Shown piece by piece: positions 33,546 through 46,900 of a stretch of 64,000 nt of DNA. Under the pieces are notes generated by a model. It saw only the letters and a program-made list of their open reading frames with translations. It was not told the DNA's origin and searched no databases. The first letter of the stretch is position 1, and each line of letters starts with the position of its first letter. A program made the position numbers and the translations under genes. The DNA comes from Lama guanicoe (lineage: Eukaryota): the NCBI GenBank assembly GCA_013239625.1, contig MU056898.1, positions 2,137,717 through 2,201,716 on the forward strand, written 5' to 3'.

Positions 33546-36500
33546 ACGCACAGCGGTAGACGGAAGTGAGGGCTGAGGGAACGTGGCTCGTGCTGGATGG
33601 GTCCTGAGGCTCTGTTTTAATTCTCATGACCCCCCGTGGGCTTGGTGCCACCAGCAGCCTCTGTTTTCCAGGAGGGGCAAGGGAGGCTCAGCTTCAGTGT
33701 GGGACTTGCCTCAAGTCCTGTAAGTGAAGGAGTCAGAATTTGAACTTGAGCCAGATTGGGTTTTATCCCTCCGGGTCTCCACCCTCTCTGGGGCTCGGGG
33801 AGGCCTGGTGAGGGAGACCCCAGGTTGAGCAGAAGAAGGGGGTCCAGGCGGATGGACCAGCGTGGGCAGCCCCTTCCCAGCCCAGGGACTGGCCAGGCCA
33901 AGTAGGGGGTGAGGAGGAGGTGAGAGGGCTGCCCACCCTCCCTCAGCCCCTCCTCTTCCCCCCACCCCGCAGACCACCTGTTGTCAAGCTCTGCTAACGA
34001 GCTGGCTTCAGGGGAGAAGGTGGAGAGACTGGGTGAGGTCAGCCTTCGGCTTCCAAACATTAAAACAAAAGTTAGACGAAGCTGTTCTTCAGAGGAGGCG
34101 CCGCTATCTGGGGGCCAGACGCGCCCAGCCTGGGCCGCTTCTCAGAGCCGTTTGAAGCAATTAATTAGCAGGATCAGGAGCTGGCTTCCTGCCCGCCAGG
34201 CTGGCCCCACCTGGGCCTTCCTGCCTCCATGGGAGGCCGGGCCTCTGTCGGGTGTGAGTGGCCTCCTGGGCAGGGGGTGAGCCCTCGGCCTGGAAGCGGC
34301 CCAGCTCCTGCAGCCCCGGGGACCTGTCCCCAGCTGGCTCTGGGACACGGGGCGCGACTGGCTCTCTGGGAGCTGTGGCTGCCTCCGGGGGCCTCCGGGG
34401 CTGAGGGCAGAAGGAAGGTACTTTCTTCCCAGGCTGTTTCTGTTCCTGGGCCCCCTCCAGGGAAGACAGTGGGGGAGGGGCTGGGTGCCTGGCACCCCCT
34501 ACCCTCTGAGCTCACTCGGCAGCGTCCGGGACTGGCCTGCAGCCAGGGGTCTGAGCAGAGAAGGCCTGGCCTGGGTTGGGGTGGGTTTCCCTGGAAGCTC
34601 GGAAGAACTTGTCTCCATGGGCAGATGTGCGAGGAAGGTACGGCTGGAGGGTCAGGAGCCCCACAGGCTCCAGTCGGGAGGCCTGGACCCCCACCGCTGC
34701 CCCACCCCCTTCTGGGCCTGGGTTCCTCGTAGTCCTGGCTCCCAGGGCTCCAGGTCTGTCCCAACCCCACCGGGGTCCTCTGTCAGCGCCCCCTAGCCAT
34801 CTGGTGCCTCTCCCAGGCTATTCTTTGGATCATCTGGCCAAGAGCTCCCCCGAATCATTGCTTCCTGGGAACCTGGCCGGATTATCTGCACCCCTGCGTC
34901 CATCCACGTCCAGGGCTGGGGCCTGTTGGAATCACAGAGGCCACATCCCGGGGCCCCTGCTTTGAACATGGCCTCTGCTGCCCCCAGCCCTCGGCAGCCC
35001 TCTCACCTGGGCACCTGAAGGTGCTCCAGGATCAGTGGTGGTGGAAGATTCTGGGAGGAGGGGGCTCCTCCCACCCAGCCTGGACCTCCCGCGTCCCTGT
35101 GTGGTCGCCTGGCCCCTGGACAGTGACCCCCCTCCTGGAAAGTCTTTCAGAGCCAGGTCCAGACACACGGGAGCCGATCAAACAGCACCGGACGCCTCAC
35201 CAAGGAAGATGGATGGGAAGCAAACGAGCAGAGAAATACGCTTAACTCCATTAGTCACCAGAATGGCAGATAAAAACAGTGACTGGACCAAATGCCTCCC
35301 TTCACCCCACAACCTTGTAAAGCTCTCGGACGCCGGTCCTTCCCGCAGCCCTGAGGGTGATGCTCAGCTGGGAGGACCTGCGTGATCCGAAGGCCAGCCA
35401 CGGCCTGGTGCCTCGGGAGAGAGGGCCAGACCCTGACCTCAGGTGAGCAAGAGGAGAACCGCCAGGCCCGTCTGGGTCAGAGTCAGTGCTGACCCGGGCT
35501 CAGCAAACTCACTCACAGACGAGGAGAGCGCGGAGCGGGGCAGACGGAGGCCACCGAGCAGGGCGTCTCCTTGGGCCTTCTCCCTGGTCCTCTGCCCTGC
35601 TGCCACCGCCTCTCTCTGTCCCGGACGAGACACCCGGGGTGTCACTTCCTGCAGCCTTCACGCCTGACTCGGGGCTGCCTGCGCGGCTGCACCTCCTGAT
35701 GTCTTGACCGCCATCGGGGAGTCTGTGGTCTCTGCCTATAAATCCTCACATCTCAGACCCACAGCCCCTCAGGTGAAACAGCCCCATTTTAGGAGGAAAA
35801 CCCAATTTACTTCTGCACATGTTTGGGAGAACGGATTCCAAAGATATGAATAATTCATCTCCCCACTTGCTCGGCAGCTCCGACATTTCGAGGTCAGGAG
35901 CAACGGCTGAATTAATTAATTTTGTGTTTTCCTGTGATAAAAACAACAGTGCTTCAGTCGTCCCCCTCCATCGTTAAGCCAAACGTGTAACCTAAGAGGA
36001 TGGTTTGCTCAGCCCCAGGGAGGCTCAGCGCTCAGGCTAGCGGGGCGGGTGGGCGCCCCCGGCACGACCAGCTCCCCCAAGGGCCAGCAGCGAGCCCCGT
36101 GGGCTGGACCAGACTCCACGGATGCAGGTCCCCTGCGTCCTCCTTCGTGCAGACCCCCAGCGGGTTGGCGTTTCTCTCCCGGAAGAACCACTGCAAGCCT
36201 CAAAGTGCTCCTTGCCGCCCTCTGAGGCTTTGGGTGGAGCCCTGAGCGCTCCTGCTGCTGTCCGTTCGTCGGGCCCGGGGAAAGAACCTCTGTGCGTGGT
36301 GGTCTGTCGCCGAGCTGTGTGGGGTCACGGGTGCGTTAGGAGCAGCCGAGCTCCTGCAGCGGACCAAGTGGCTGCCCCCAGTGCCGGCCCCGGGCTGGGC
36401 CACGGTGGCTGAGAAGGAGGGCGATGGTGTCGGGGCACCCGGCCCTCCCCTCCCCGTCCGCCGGCTGAGCGGAGGGGCCTCTGGGGGACTGAGGGAGGCA

Positions 36501-36819
36501 CGGCCCCAGCCACTTGGAGCCTGGGTCCCTGAATGAGCACCGACAGGACATTGGGCTGGGCCTCACGAGAGTGAGAGGCCCCCAGGTCAGGCTGCCCTGT
36601 GCACGGCTCTGGAGAGGACCACTCGCCTGCAGCTCCCCAGCAGACCCTGGGACTGCCCTGGAAGGACCGAGCCCATGGCTTGAAGTCCAGATCCTGTGCT
36701 CTACTGAAAAGAGGATTTCTTTAGAAAACTAGGTCCCCCCCCCCACTTATTACAGAAAGAGTAAATGGTCACTTTAGCATAAAGACAAAAGACAAAATTC
36801 CTATAATAATCTTGGCTAT

Positions 36820-37135
36820 GGGACTTCAGAGAAGACTGCTGAGGATTTCTGAGAACATCTCCCTGGCTCTTATAAAAGGGCACAAGTTGGTGTGTCTTTA
36901 GAGGTTGGTGGATAAGGATGTGATGTCTGGAACTATGGCAGTCATCTTGCAACCATGGAAGCCAGTTCAGAGGACTGAAGCCACGGGAGGATGGCACAGC
37001 AGAGAGAAGGAGGGACCCCAAATCCTGTGACATCACATAATCTCGACGCACCAACCTGAACTTCCTGTCATGTGACACAATGTGTTTTAAAGCCATTTCC
37101 ATTTGGCCTTTCTGTACTTGCAGCCAAAGCATCCT
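36820..37135 (+). mobile_element. MLT1J/K/L-like LTR (ERVL-MaLR)
   Basis: GATGTGATGTCTGGAACTATGGCAGTCATCTTGCAACCATG ... TTCTGTACTTGCAGCCAAAGCATCCT. Confidence 0.7.
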
Positions 37136-38127
37136 TGCTGTGTGTGCTTGTGTATTAACCTTTCCTTTCTTAGCATTAAAATGGGGCCAAGGAATTGCTC
37201 CTTGGGCAGAGGTGGGTCTGGGAAAAGGCAGTTTTAGGGGAGGAAGAGACAGATCGAGGGGCCAGCTCTGAACCCCCAGGCCTGCTGGTGACCTTCAGAT
37301 GGTGCCCCTCCTTGTCACCAAGGGACAGGGCAGGGTGGGCTCATGGCCGCCCTCCAGCTGCAGGCCCTGCTGCCCGAACTCCTCCCAGGCCCCCTCCCTG
37401 AGCTGTGCGAGCCCCGTCAGCCTGAGGCCCACGGGGTCAGCTCTCTAGCCGCCGGACTCTTTCCCACAGAGCTCTGAGAAAGGACTGAGTAAGCAGAGCT
37501 ATTTTTATGTCTTCAGTCATCGGAGTTGCTATCTTAATTTGTAAGACATAGTTTACGCTCCTTAGAAACCCAAGCCTGTCCAGGAGCCCCGGGGAGCTGC
37601 TGGTACAGTTTGCCACTGGCCTCTGCCTCTTCCTGCCGGCTGAGGCCGCCATGTGAGGAGGCCTAGCACCCGATCCAGGCGGCCGCCTTCTGGAAGCTTC
37701 CGGGGCAGCCAGCCGCCGCCTGCTTCAGCTGCTTCCTATCCCAGCGCCAGCGGCAGGAGCAGCCTGGGCCCCAGACTTGGGCGTGGTGTTGTGTCTCCCG
37801 CCCGCTGTGCTGGCGGAAGGCTCCAAGGAAGGGGCTCCCGGGTCTGCTGGATGTGCCCCCCGTGGGCTGTTGGCAAAGACAGCCCTCCTCTGATAGCCAG
37901 CCCTTGCCCAGTGCTGTCTTCGAGATGCTGCCCCTCACCTCATCCGGCCCCCCGGTCACCCTGGGAAAGAGCCTCCCCTCCACCATTGTACAGAAGGGAA
38001 AACGGGGTTGACCTGATCAGGGCCGTGGGCCTGGCTCATCTCCCTGCACCTGCACCTTTCCTGCAGGGGGTGGACTTGGTGGCCTAGGCCCTCTGGAGAT
38101 CTGGACTCAGACCCATGGGGCCCCTGT

Positions 38128-38290
38128 ATCATTCATTCATTCATTCATTTGTTCAGCAAGTGTCAGCCAAGCGCCTGCCACTGGCCAGGCTCTGGGTGTA
38201 CAGGAGTGACAGGTCAGGTACTGACCCCGGCTTACGACTTGGAGGAGGAGACAGGCAGTCAGCAGATGGACACTATCAAACAGCACAGAT
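38128..38290 (-). mobile_element. L2 3' end
   Basis: (ATTC)n tail followed by CAGCAAG..AGCGCCTG..CCAGGCTCTGG. Confidence 0.55.
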
Positions 38291-38334
38291 GGGTACAGGG
38301 CAGAGGGATCTGCTGGGCGGTGGGGTGGGGGGCA

Positions 38335-38645
38335 TGCTGGGTTGAGAAAGGTCCCCCCGCCCCGATTCACATCCACTTGTGATCTGTGACTGTGAACTTA
38401 TCTGGAAACGAAGACTCTGCAGATGTTGTTAGTGAAGTCGAGGCCAAATTGGAGTTGGGTGGCCCTGGAAGCAGTGGCTACTGTCCACCTAAGAAGAGGG
38501 AAACTTGGACACACAGCCTGGGGGTGGGGCCACGGGATGGTGGTGGTGGCTGTGTGCACAGCTGTAAGACGAGGAACGTGGCATGTGCTGGTGCCCCAGC
38601 GGCTGCAGAGAGGCCTGGACCAGAGCCACCAGGAGGAGCAAGTCT
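38335..38645 (+). mobile_element. MLT1B/C-like LTR fragment
   Basis: TGCTGGGTTGA...TGTGAACTTATCTGGAAA...TGCAGATGT..TTAGT...TGGAGT.GGGTGGCCCT...AAGAAGAGG. Confidence 0.7.
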
Positions 38646-38664
38646 GGACCCTCTGCTCTGGGCC

Positions 38665-38870
38665 CATCACTGCCCACAAGACCCTTCCACCACAACGGAC
38701 ATGCTCCCTCCCACGGATGGAGTCCAATGTGGCAGCCACTGGCCACGTGTCCACTGCCACTTGGAATGTGGCCTGTGTGACCAAGGGCCTGAAGGTCTGA
38801 AGTGTCACTTTCAGTCACATTTAAATGTGAGTAGCCCCAGTGACCAGAGCTGTCATGTTGGGAGCAGCGA
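38665..38870. mobile_element. MER3-like hAT-Charlie element
   Basis: GTCCAATGTGGCAGCCACTGGCCACGTGT...CACTTGGAATGTGGCC.GTGTGACC, typical of MER3. Confidence 0.65.
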
Positions 38871-39679
38871 GTGAGGCCGCTCCATCCTGGGGAGAGTCCC
38901 TCAGGGAGACAGGCCTGTGGACGCCTTGCCTGTGCCCTGGGCTTTGCCATGGTCCATGTAGGGCTGGGGCACGTGGGCAGGGGCATCCTCCCACCTTCCC
39001 TTCTCCAGCCAGAGCTCCCAGGGCCGGCCTTCCTGATCGTGTCTCTCCCCAGAGCCAGGGAACGTCCAGCATGGGGGTGCCCCTGGGAGCTCTGCTGAAG
39101 CACCCTGCCTTTCCTGACTCCCAGTTTTCCTTTCTTCAGTTTGTAAGACCCCAGGGCTTTGCCAAAATCACCATCTCTGCTTTGCGAGCTGCCCCAGATC
39201 CCAACGTGCGGTCACTTCCCAGGATTAACGGAATTGCTTTAAATATAGACTCTACCAGCAGTCCTGATTGGGCAATAAAATGTTTTATTGGTGGTAGTCA
39301 TTCTTCGGCCGGCTTCCAGCCAGGGTTACGCAAGCGAGAGTCCGGGGCTCTGGGAATGCGCGGTGCCGGCTCCAAGGGACCCTGGGTCATTACCTTAAAG
39401 GCAACACCTTTGGGTTCAGTGGGAAGAATGCGGAGCATCCAGATACGTGCGGATCATGCAGGGCTTTGACAACAGGATCTCAGAGTGGTTTTCAGCTGGG
39501 CTTTCAGTGGACACAGCTCAGCACTGGGGATGGAGCCTTGGCTGGGGTTGGTGGGGCTGCTGGGACAGGAGCAGAGAGGCAGGAGCTCCAAAGACTCACA
39601 TCAGAGTGCCTGGGGACCCGGATACCAGGACATTCACCCACATCTTAGTAATAAAGCAAATAGGCTCAGAGTGGGGTAT

Positions 39680-40160
39680 TAATGGTGATGATGGTGTGGA
39701 AGTGGTGATGAAGGTGATGGAGAAGTTGGAGGTAGTGATGGAAGTGATGATGGAGGTGGAGGAATTGGTGACAGAGNNNNNNNNNNNNNNNNNNNNNNNN
39801 NNNNNNNNNNNNNNNNNNNNNNNNNNNNNNNNNNNNNNNNNNNNNNNNNNNNNNNNNNNNNNNNNNNNNNNNNNNNNNNNNNNNNNNNNNNNNNNNNNNN
39901 NNNNNNNNNNNNNNNNNNNNNNNNNNNNNNNNNNNNNNNNNNNNNNNNNNNNNNNNNNNNNNNNNNNNNNNNNNNNNNNNNNNNNNNNNNNNNNNNNNNN
40001 NNNNNNNNNNNNNNNNNNNNNNNNNNNNNNNNNNNNNNNNNNNNNNNNNNNNNNNNNNNNNNNNNNNNNNNNNNNNNNNNNNNNNNGTGGAGGTGGTGTT
40101 GGCAGCAGTGGTGGGACTGGTGGAAGTGCAGTAGTGATGGGGATGGAGAGGTGGTGGTCC
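39680..40160. repeat. (GGT/GAT)n low-complexity simple repeat interrupted by a 310-nt gap (39777-40086)
   Basis: GATGGTG/GGTGATG units on both sides of the N run. Confidence 0.85.
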
Positions 40161-40519
40161 AGAGGAAATAGAATAAGCTCTTTTGGGGTTGTTCCAGACT
40201 TCCTTTGTTTTTTTTTCAGTGTCAGTGAGATCCTGGGGGAACCTAACTGGTCTGGTGGGCTTAAAATCTTATTTCTCCAACATTACAAGGCTGGAAAGAT
40301 CTGGGTTCAGATCTTGGTGTGTCTCCATATTTAGAGCCACCGTTAGGTCCCACTCCCACTTGGGCTGCAGAGACGGCCGCCTAGCTCTATAGGGAGGAGA
40401 GAAAACATATTCCTCCCAGACCTGCCTCTGCCTTCTGTCTCTATAAAAGGTTTACAGTCAACCAAAGGAAGGATCAGGGTGTGGGGGCTGACATCCCTCA
40501 AGTGTTAACCTGTCCTGCT

Positions 40520-40945
40520 ACAGCACTTTGTTGAAATACAATCCACACACAGAGAAATCTATGAGTTGTGGGTACAGCTCTGACTTACATGCACATCCCC
40601 CTGGGCACCCACCGCCCATGTCGGGCTACACGTGTGCTCCCCAGGACCCAGAGCTAATTCCCACCCAAGGGGAAGCCTGCTCTGTCTCCTGTTACCATAG
40701 ATTGCAATCCTCCCTGAACGTCACCGCGATGTGGGCTAGAATCCTACAAGGAGCTCCTGGTTTGGGAGTCCATCACCACGTGCCCTTGAGGTCTGTCCAG
40801 TCCTGCCCTGTGCCGCGTGTGGTTCTGTTGTGCACCCAGTCTGCATGTCCATCACATCGACGCACATTTGGGTTTGTCCAGGCTTTGGACCGTCAGACGT
40901 GGAACCGGCATGAGTGTCCTTGCCTAAGTCTTCTGTTCACAGGCA
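40520..40945 (-). mobile_element. Degraded ancient L1 (L1ME-like) 3' UTR fragment
   Basis: TTTGTTGAAATACAAT..ACACACAGA.AA....GTACAGCTC and ACATTTGGGTTTGTCCAG motifs. Confidence 0.5.
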
Positions 40946-43900
40946 TTGTCCCCCCTCCTCCAATTCTGTGGCCGTGCAGGCTTCTGTGGGCCAGGTGGTG
41001 TGAGGATCACGGTCTCTGGCCGGCACACAGCGGGCACTCAGCATTGGTCTGCCGGTCTGATTTCTGTGTGCGCGCTTTCCATGGCCTCCAAAGCTCCCCT
41101 CTTGACGGCCCAGAGCATTTCCACAGTCAGAAAATGGCCAAGAATCCAGAATTCCGGGAGCAGAGCAGGCGCGCTGAGAGACGGGCGAGGAAACACGTGT
41201 TCACAGCCAGCAGCGCACAGCTGCTTCCTCTTGCGGCTTCCCCAGCCTCAGATGATTTGTTTTATTAGAGGCAAGTCGTATTTGCTACCGACCCACAGCC
41301 CTGGCGGCCCTGGGGAGGCAGACGCCGGACTGTGGACTGTGGTCCCCTGGTCCTGCTGCACTTGTGTTGGATGTGGGCCCTGGGCCCGTGATGTGATGTG
41401 ATGTGGTCAGTGGGCTCAGGGCTTTGGAAAGGGCAGACCTGCCTCGTCTTAACCCCCAGGGGCCCTTGTGTGGCCAGTGCCCAGACAGTCCTTGGAGGAG
41501 CCATGTCTGCCGCCCTCTGCACAACTGGGCCTCAGGGTGGTCTACTGACCCACTCTCAACCCGGGGCCAGTGACTCTGGGAGTAGCCGGATCAGGCAGGG
41601 CCAGACCCCCATCCTAGAGCCGGGTTCGGAGTGCTCTCGCCGCTGCCTGGGGTTCTTGGCACATCCCCGGCTCCCGTGCCCTCAGGACCAGCTGCTGCTG
41701 CACTCAGGGTGAGTGTGAGGTTGGGTGGCCTGGGTGTGACCAGCCTGCCCCCTTGTCTACGTTCCATATGCACTTGGGTCCTTTCAGCCTCGAGTCAAAC
41801 CAGCTGCTAGTCACAGCAGCGAGCAGAGGGGAGGGGGCCCATCACAGAGACCAAGGTGGGTGGCCGGCCCCTGCCTGCCAGGGCCTGGGCAGTCACTCGG
41901 GATGCCCTCCCCAAGGACCCAGACCCTGGAAGGGCTCAGCTGGCGGGGCTGCAGGTGTGCATGATGTTTTCGGAGGAAGGACGTCTCCCCCACCCCCAGC
42001 ACACCAGCAACCTCACATTGAGGTTTTGAAGCCTCTGGGCACTTCCCAGGGCAGATGGGCGGCCAGGTGGGCTGTCTGGGTCGCGGGGGTGGGGGGGTCC
42101 CTTAAGTTAGTGTGATTTGCTCTGATCTTGGGGTCGAAATTTGGCCTAAGAACCTTATTTGAATATTTAAGAAAGAAGTGGGTTTTTTAAGTTTGCCTGA
42201 AGCGTCTGCATCCTGGTGGGAGTGGATGCTGGTCAGGAGGCTGGATTCTGATGCTCTGTTTCGGTTTCGCCTCCGCCCTGGGGCTGACCTCCTTCCCAGA
42301 GCTGAGGTCCCAGACCCTGCTCGGGGAAGTGGAACCACCTGCCTGCTGGCGGCCATGCCCTTGAGAGCCTCCTTCCCACCGCGCGGCTGCTCTGCGCCTG
42401 GCTGTGTGGGAAACTGTGGAAAGAGGTTTTCTCAGGATCCTGGGTTTGGGGGGTGGGGAAGAGCCCCCATGACACATTAAACCCCCAAGTGGAAGGACTC
42501 ATTGCACAGATACTGCATGGTGCTCCGCCGTTGAATCACATGCTAGAACGCACCGTGGGGGCCGGCCTGTCTCCGTGCTGCCCTGGCTGAGCCTCTCAAC
42601 GTTTTAGTAACGGCAGGCTGGCTGGGCCCTGGGCCCCAACATGGAAAGTCTTCCGGCTAGTCTGGGTGCACAGCCTGTGCTGGAGGGCACCCAGTCCCGC
42701 TGGCCAGTGAACATACCCTTTATGTGCCCTGGGCCCCACGTGGCCCCCTGGGTTCCCCTGGCTCCCCGTAGCAGGGCCACATGTGGGCTGAGTCCGCCCT
42801 GGGCCCGGGGCCAGGGCCGCAGGGCACTCTCTGTCCCTCCTGAAGACCCGCCCCTTGCAGGCCAGCTGCGTGATCTGGGCTCTCCCACCCTCTCTAGCAT
42901 CTTAGCGCATCTTTCTCACACCGTCGGGACAATGCTCCGTTTGGGTCAGGCTACGGGACAAGGCCACTGTGTGGTGGCCAGGGGAATCAAATCAAATTCC
43001 ACAGATGCCCCACAAAGGGCAAAAGCACCCCTGTGTTAAAGACGTGGCCGTGGCTTTTCTGGGCCCAGCATGCAGACTCCAAGGAGGCCGACCCAGGAGA
43101 CACGCGGGTCCTCTGTGTGGCCTGGACAGGGTGTGGTCCCTGTGTAGGGGAGGCACAGGGGAGCTTTCCTAGGTTCCTGGGAGAGCGCACTTAGGACGCT
43201 GCAGTTGAGAGGTGGAGTTCTGGCCCAGGACAGGGGTCTGATTGGGGGGAGGACCCCCCCCTCGCTGGGGTTTCTCATGGGCACCAAGCTCCCCAGACTC
43301 TGGGGAGCTCCCAGGCCCTGTGGTGCTGAGGGTGTGGGAAGCAGGGGCTCAGCTGGGCACCTGCTTCCGGGGACAAAGAGACATCAGTCTATCAGGGAAG
43401 GGTCCTTCCTGGCTGACCCAGGCCCTGGGAGGGGGCTGGGAGCTGGGGGCTGAGTGGGAGGGGTTTCTGGGGTGGGTGGAAACCACATGCAGTCGGCACC
43501 GTGGACAGAGTGGCCGTGGCCCCAGAGCTGTCCAGTGTCACTTATTAAGGGTAGCCCCAGACCCCAAACAAACCTAACACCCTCGGGATGCTGCAGGCTG
43601 CAGGGCTGTGGTTCACATAGCCAGGGACGTCAGGAGAGGGGCACTGGGGACCTGCTTCCCCGGGAGCCTCACGCAGCGCCCCAGCAAAGCCCAAATCACG
43701 GACTGAACCCTCAGTGCAAGGGAGACTGGGAAGCCCTTGCTTTGTCTCGGGGGTGCCTGCAAAGAAACAATTGTCCACTCTGCTGAGTTTCCAGAAGGAC
43801 CCTGGCCAGCCTCTCCTGGGGTCTGCTCAGGTCTGTCTGCTGAGGGAGGGGGCTCTGGGTGTCAAGCGCCAGACCCTGGGACAGGGGGACGCCTCAGGTC

Positions 43901-46900
43901 TGGGCTCTGTCCTGGAATATCTTTCCTACCTGCAGCCTGGGGGCCCCTCTCCACTGAGCCCACCTGCACAGAGTGGTTAGCAGGTAGGAGCTCACCCTTG
44001 GCACATAGCCCACGTCCTCCCTGCCTTAGTGGGACTGCACCACCAGGAAGCACACAGTGGGCACTAGGTCTGTGCCACTGAGGTCAGGGGCCTGCCTGGG
44101 GGACGCACAGTGTGGGTGGACCTCAGTCTCCCCACCAGGCTGACTCGGCGCCCCTCCAAGCATTCAGGGGCCCGTTGGCAGGATGCGTGATTGAGGGCCA
44201 GGCCAGTTCCAAACTTGGAGCTGGCAGGACAAGGACTGTCCTGTCCCCCGCCAGGGTCAGCACAGGGCCAGGCAGCGGCAGAGGCCGGAGGTGGCTCAAG
44301 AAGGAAATGGTTGAAATTTGCAGCCAGGGCAGGAAATGGACAAATTGTCGAGGAGGAGTTGGAATGCCAGCTGGAATGCCGCCCCCTCAGTGCCCGCCCC
44401 TCCCCGGAGATCTGAGCCCGGAGTCAGGAAGTGCCTGGTGTCTTGGCCGGAGGAGCTCTTGCCCCCTGGGGGTGGGCGCCTGCCCCACACCACCTCCGGT
44501 TCCCAGCTACAGGCTTCCCCGGGGGAGAGGGGAGGCGCAGGATGGGGGAGGAGCTGGAGCTGGAACCGGGTCCTGCCTCTGCACCCCCGGGTGCTCCCTC
44601 TCAGCTTCCTTGTCTGGTGTGTCCGCCCCGCGACCTCCTCAGCTCCAGCGTGCTCTGGCACATGCCACACTTTCGCACGGTCTCCTTCACCTGGAATGCT
44701 CCTCGCCAGCGGAAAACTTCTATCCTGTCCTCAAAACCCAGCTTTGGCAGCCGTCCCTGGTTCGAGCTGTCCCTGAAGCACCCACCCAGCAGGTGCTGCG
44801 CCCCGCCCCTGCTCTCCTGCAGCTCTGCAGCCCAGACCCCTGCACTGGGGGCTGCCCACGCTCTCCTCTGCCCCTCCATGGGACAGAGCTCCAGCCCGCC
44901 ACGGCACGGAGTGCAACACACAGTAGGCACCCAGTGATTGCTGGGCTCCGAGACGCTGCACTTGTGGCTTCAGATGCCTGAGAGACGGCCTTGGAATCAA
45001 GAGCGGGTCTTCCCCTCCTCGGGATGCGGGGGTCTGTGTGGACTCAGCCGTCAGCCGACGTGGCCACTGATCTTGACGTCACCCTCCTCTCTGCAGCGCG
45101 GCGAGGTCAGACACTCAGCCTTGAAGTCGGCAGGCGTGTGTTTGCTCGGCTGCCCACAGCCTCTGTGTTCCAGCTCCTGGAGTCTTGATCTTCCCCTCTA
45201 TTAAGTGGGCAGAGCGCACGCCCACCAGGGAGGGGTGTGGGGGGCCTAGGATGGAAGGCTGTCCGCCGAGCCTGGCACCCAGCAGGCACTCAGTCACCCG
45301 GACAAACCCAGGCACTCTTGACAGAGGAAGGAGGGGGCCTGAGCGGGGCCCAGCAACTGTGATTTCCAGGCCTGGGATGGCCACCCTGGCCGGATTCCTT
45401 TGCTCCCGCGGGGGAGGTAATTAGCATTCCAGCCCTGAGAGTGGCACCCCGCCCAGCAACCTCTCTGCGCCAGCTCCTCACCTCCTGGGGGAGCTGCTGA
45501 GTCGCGGGCGCGGGGGGGGGTTGCACGTGGCGGGTGTTTGGGGCAGGGATGTGGGGGTCCCTGGGCCCCCCCTCCATTTCCGGACTGGAGCTGGCCTCGC
45601 CCCTGGGGGGGTCTTCGGCTTAGGCTCCTGGTCCCCGAGGACCCCCCAGCCCCTATCAAGCTCTGACCTGATGCCCCCACCCTTTCCTCCCAGGGTGGCC
45701 CCGAGGGCTCTCAGTTGGCTTCAGAGAAGGATTTCTCACCAGGAGGGTTGGGGATGGACCTAGAGAGGCAGATTTCTTAAAAGGCTTTCACCACAGAGGC
45801 TGGGGCTAGGCTTCTGGTGGCTTTGTGGGGCATCCAGGCCCGTCTCCCAGGTCCCAGCTGCTCCTGGGCCCCCACCCTGCCCTTCTGCCATCTGCCTTCC
45901 AGGGGCACCTGCCAGGCCTGGAACGAGAGGCCTGAATCCCAGAGGAACAGGGTGCTGGCGAGGGGGCTACATTTTGTGTCCCCCAATATGAAAATCCTTC
46001 CTGGTCAGAGCCCCTGGCTCACAGCAAGGAGGCTGGGGCATCTGTGGAAAGAGCTGTGACTTGTGAAGTTCAGGGGAGTCCCCTTGGCCACCGCGCGTCC
46101 CTTCTGGAGCCTGTCCTGCGGGGCCTCCAGAGCCGTCTGCAAGGTGCCGCGGCAGCCCCGCTGTGGGGCGGCTGCAGGGGCTGCGCCCGGGCAGGTGGGG
46201 CTCGCAGACCCACCGGGGGCCGCACGGCCACGCCTTGTGGGGCGGCCACGCCTCTTCGGCTCGTGGCCACTGTCTGGGGGCCTCTCCTGCCAGGCCGCTG
46301 CCCTGGTGCCGGGTGGGGAGGCTGACCTCAGAGTCCGGACCTGTGCTCAAGCTTCCCGAAATTCACCACCGGAGATCAGATGCAAGTTAAGGAAACATTT
46401 ATTTTAAATGTAAGCTGATAGTGGTGGCAGCCCTGGACAGCCCTGCTGGCTGCTGGCTGCGGCCTGAGGGCGGTGGGCCGACACTATAAATAGGGCACAG
46501 TTGTTGCAGCTCTTAACCCAGAGGGGCCAAGCCAACGGCTGCGAGTGGGGAGGTCAGGTAGAGCCAGCCTACGGCCTGGATGGCCCCCACCCTGGGGGCC
46601 CCTTCAGTCATGCCCTCTGCCACCTTCGTTGTGCCAACGGGAGGAAGACTCCTGCAGCCCCTCCAGCGTGCAGAGGCCGGGGGACATGCGCCACGTGCCC
46701 CCGAGGGCCGGTGTCGTCCAGCTCCCCCCAGCACCCAAGTCCTCGACCCCAGTCTGCTCCAGGCATGTGCCTGCGTGTGTAACCACTGTCCTGCCAGCTT
46801 GTGCCTCTCCAGGGTGAACCACACCTGCCTTGGTACCTTCCTGGGCGTGGGGCACCAGCCCAGCCCCTCCTAACCCTCAGCTCTGCCTCCCCTGCTGCTT

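Noticed and set aside
39447-40334. 295-aa ORF
   Set aside because: Spans a 310-nt gap and a GAT/GGT simple repeat
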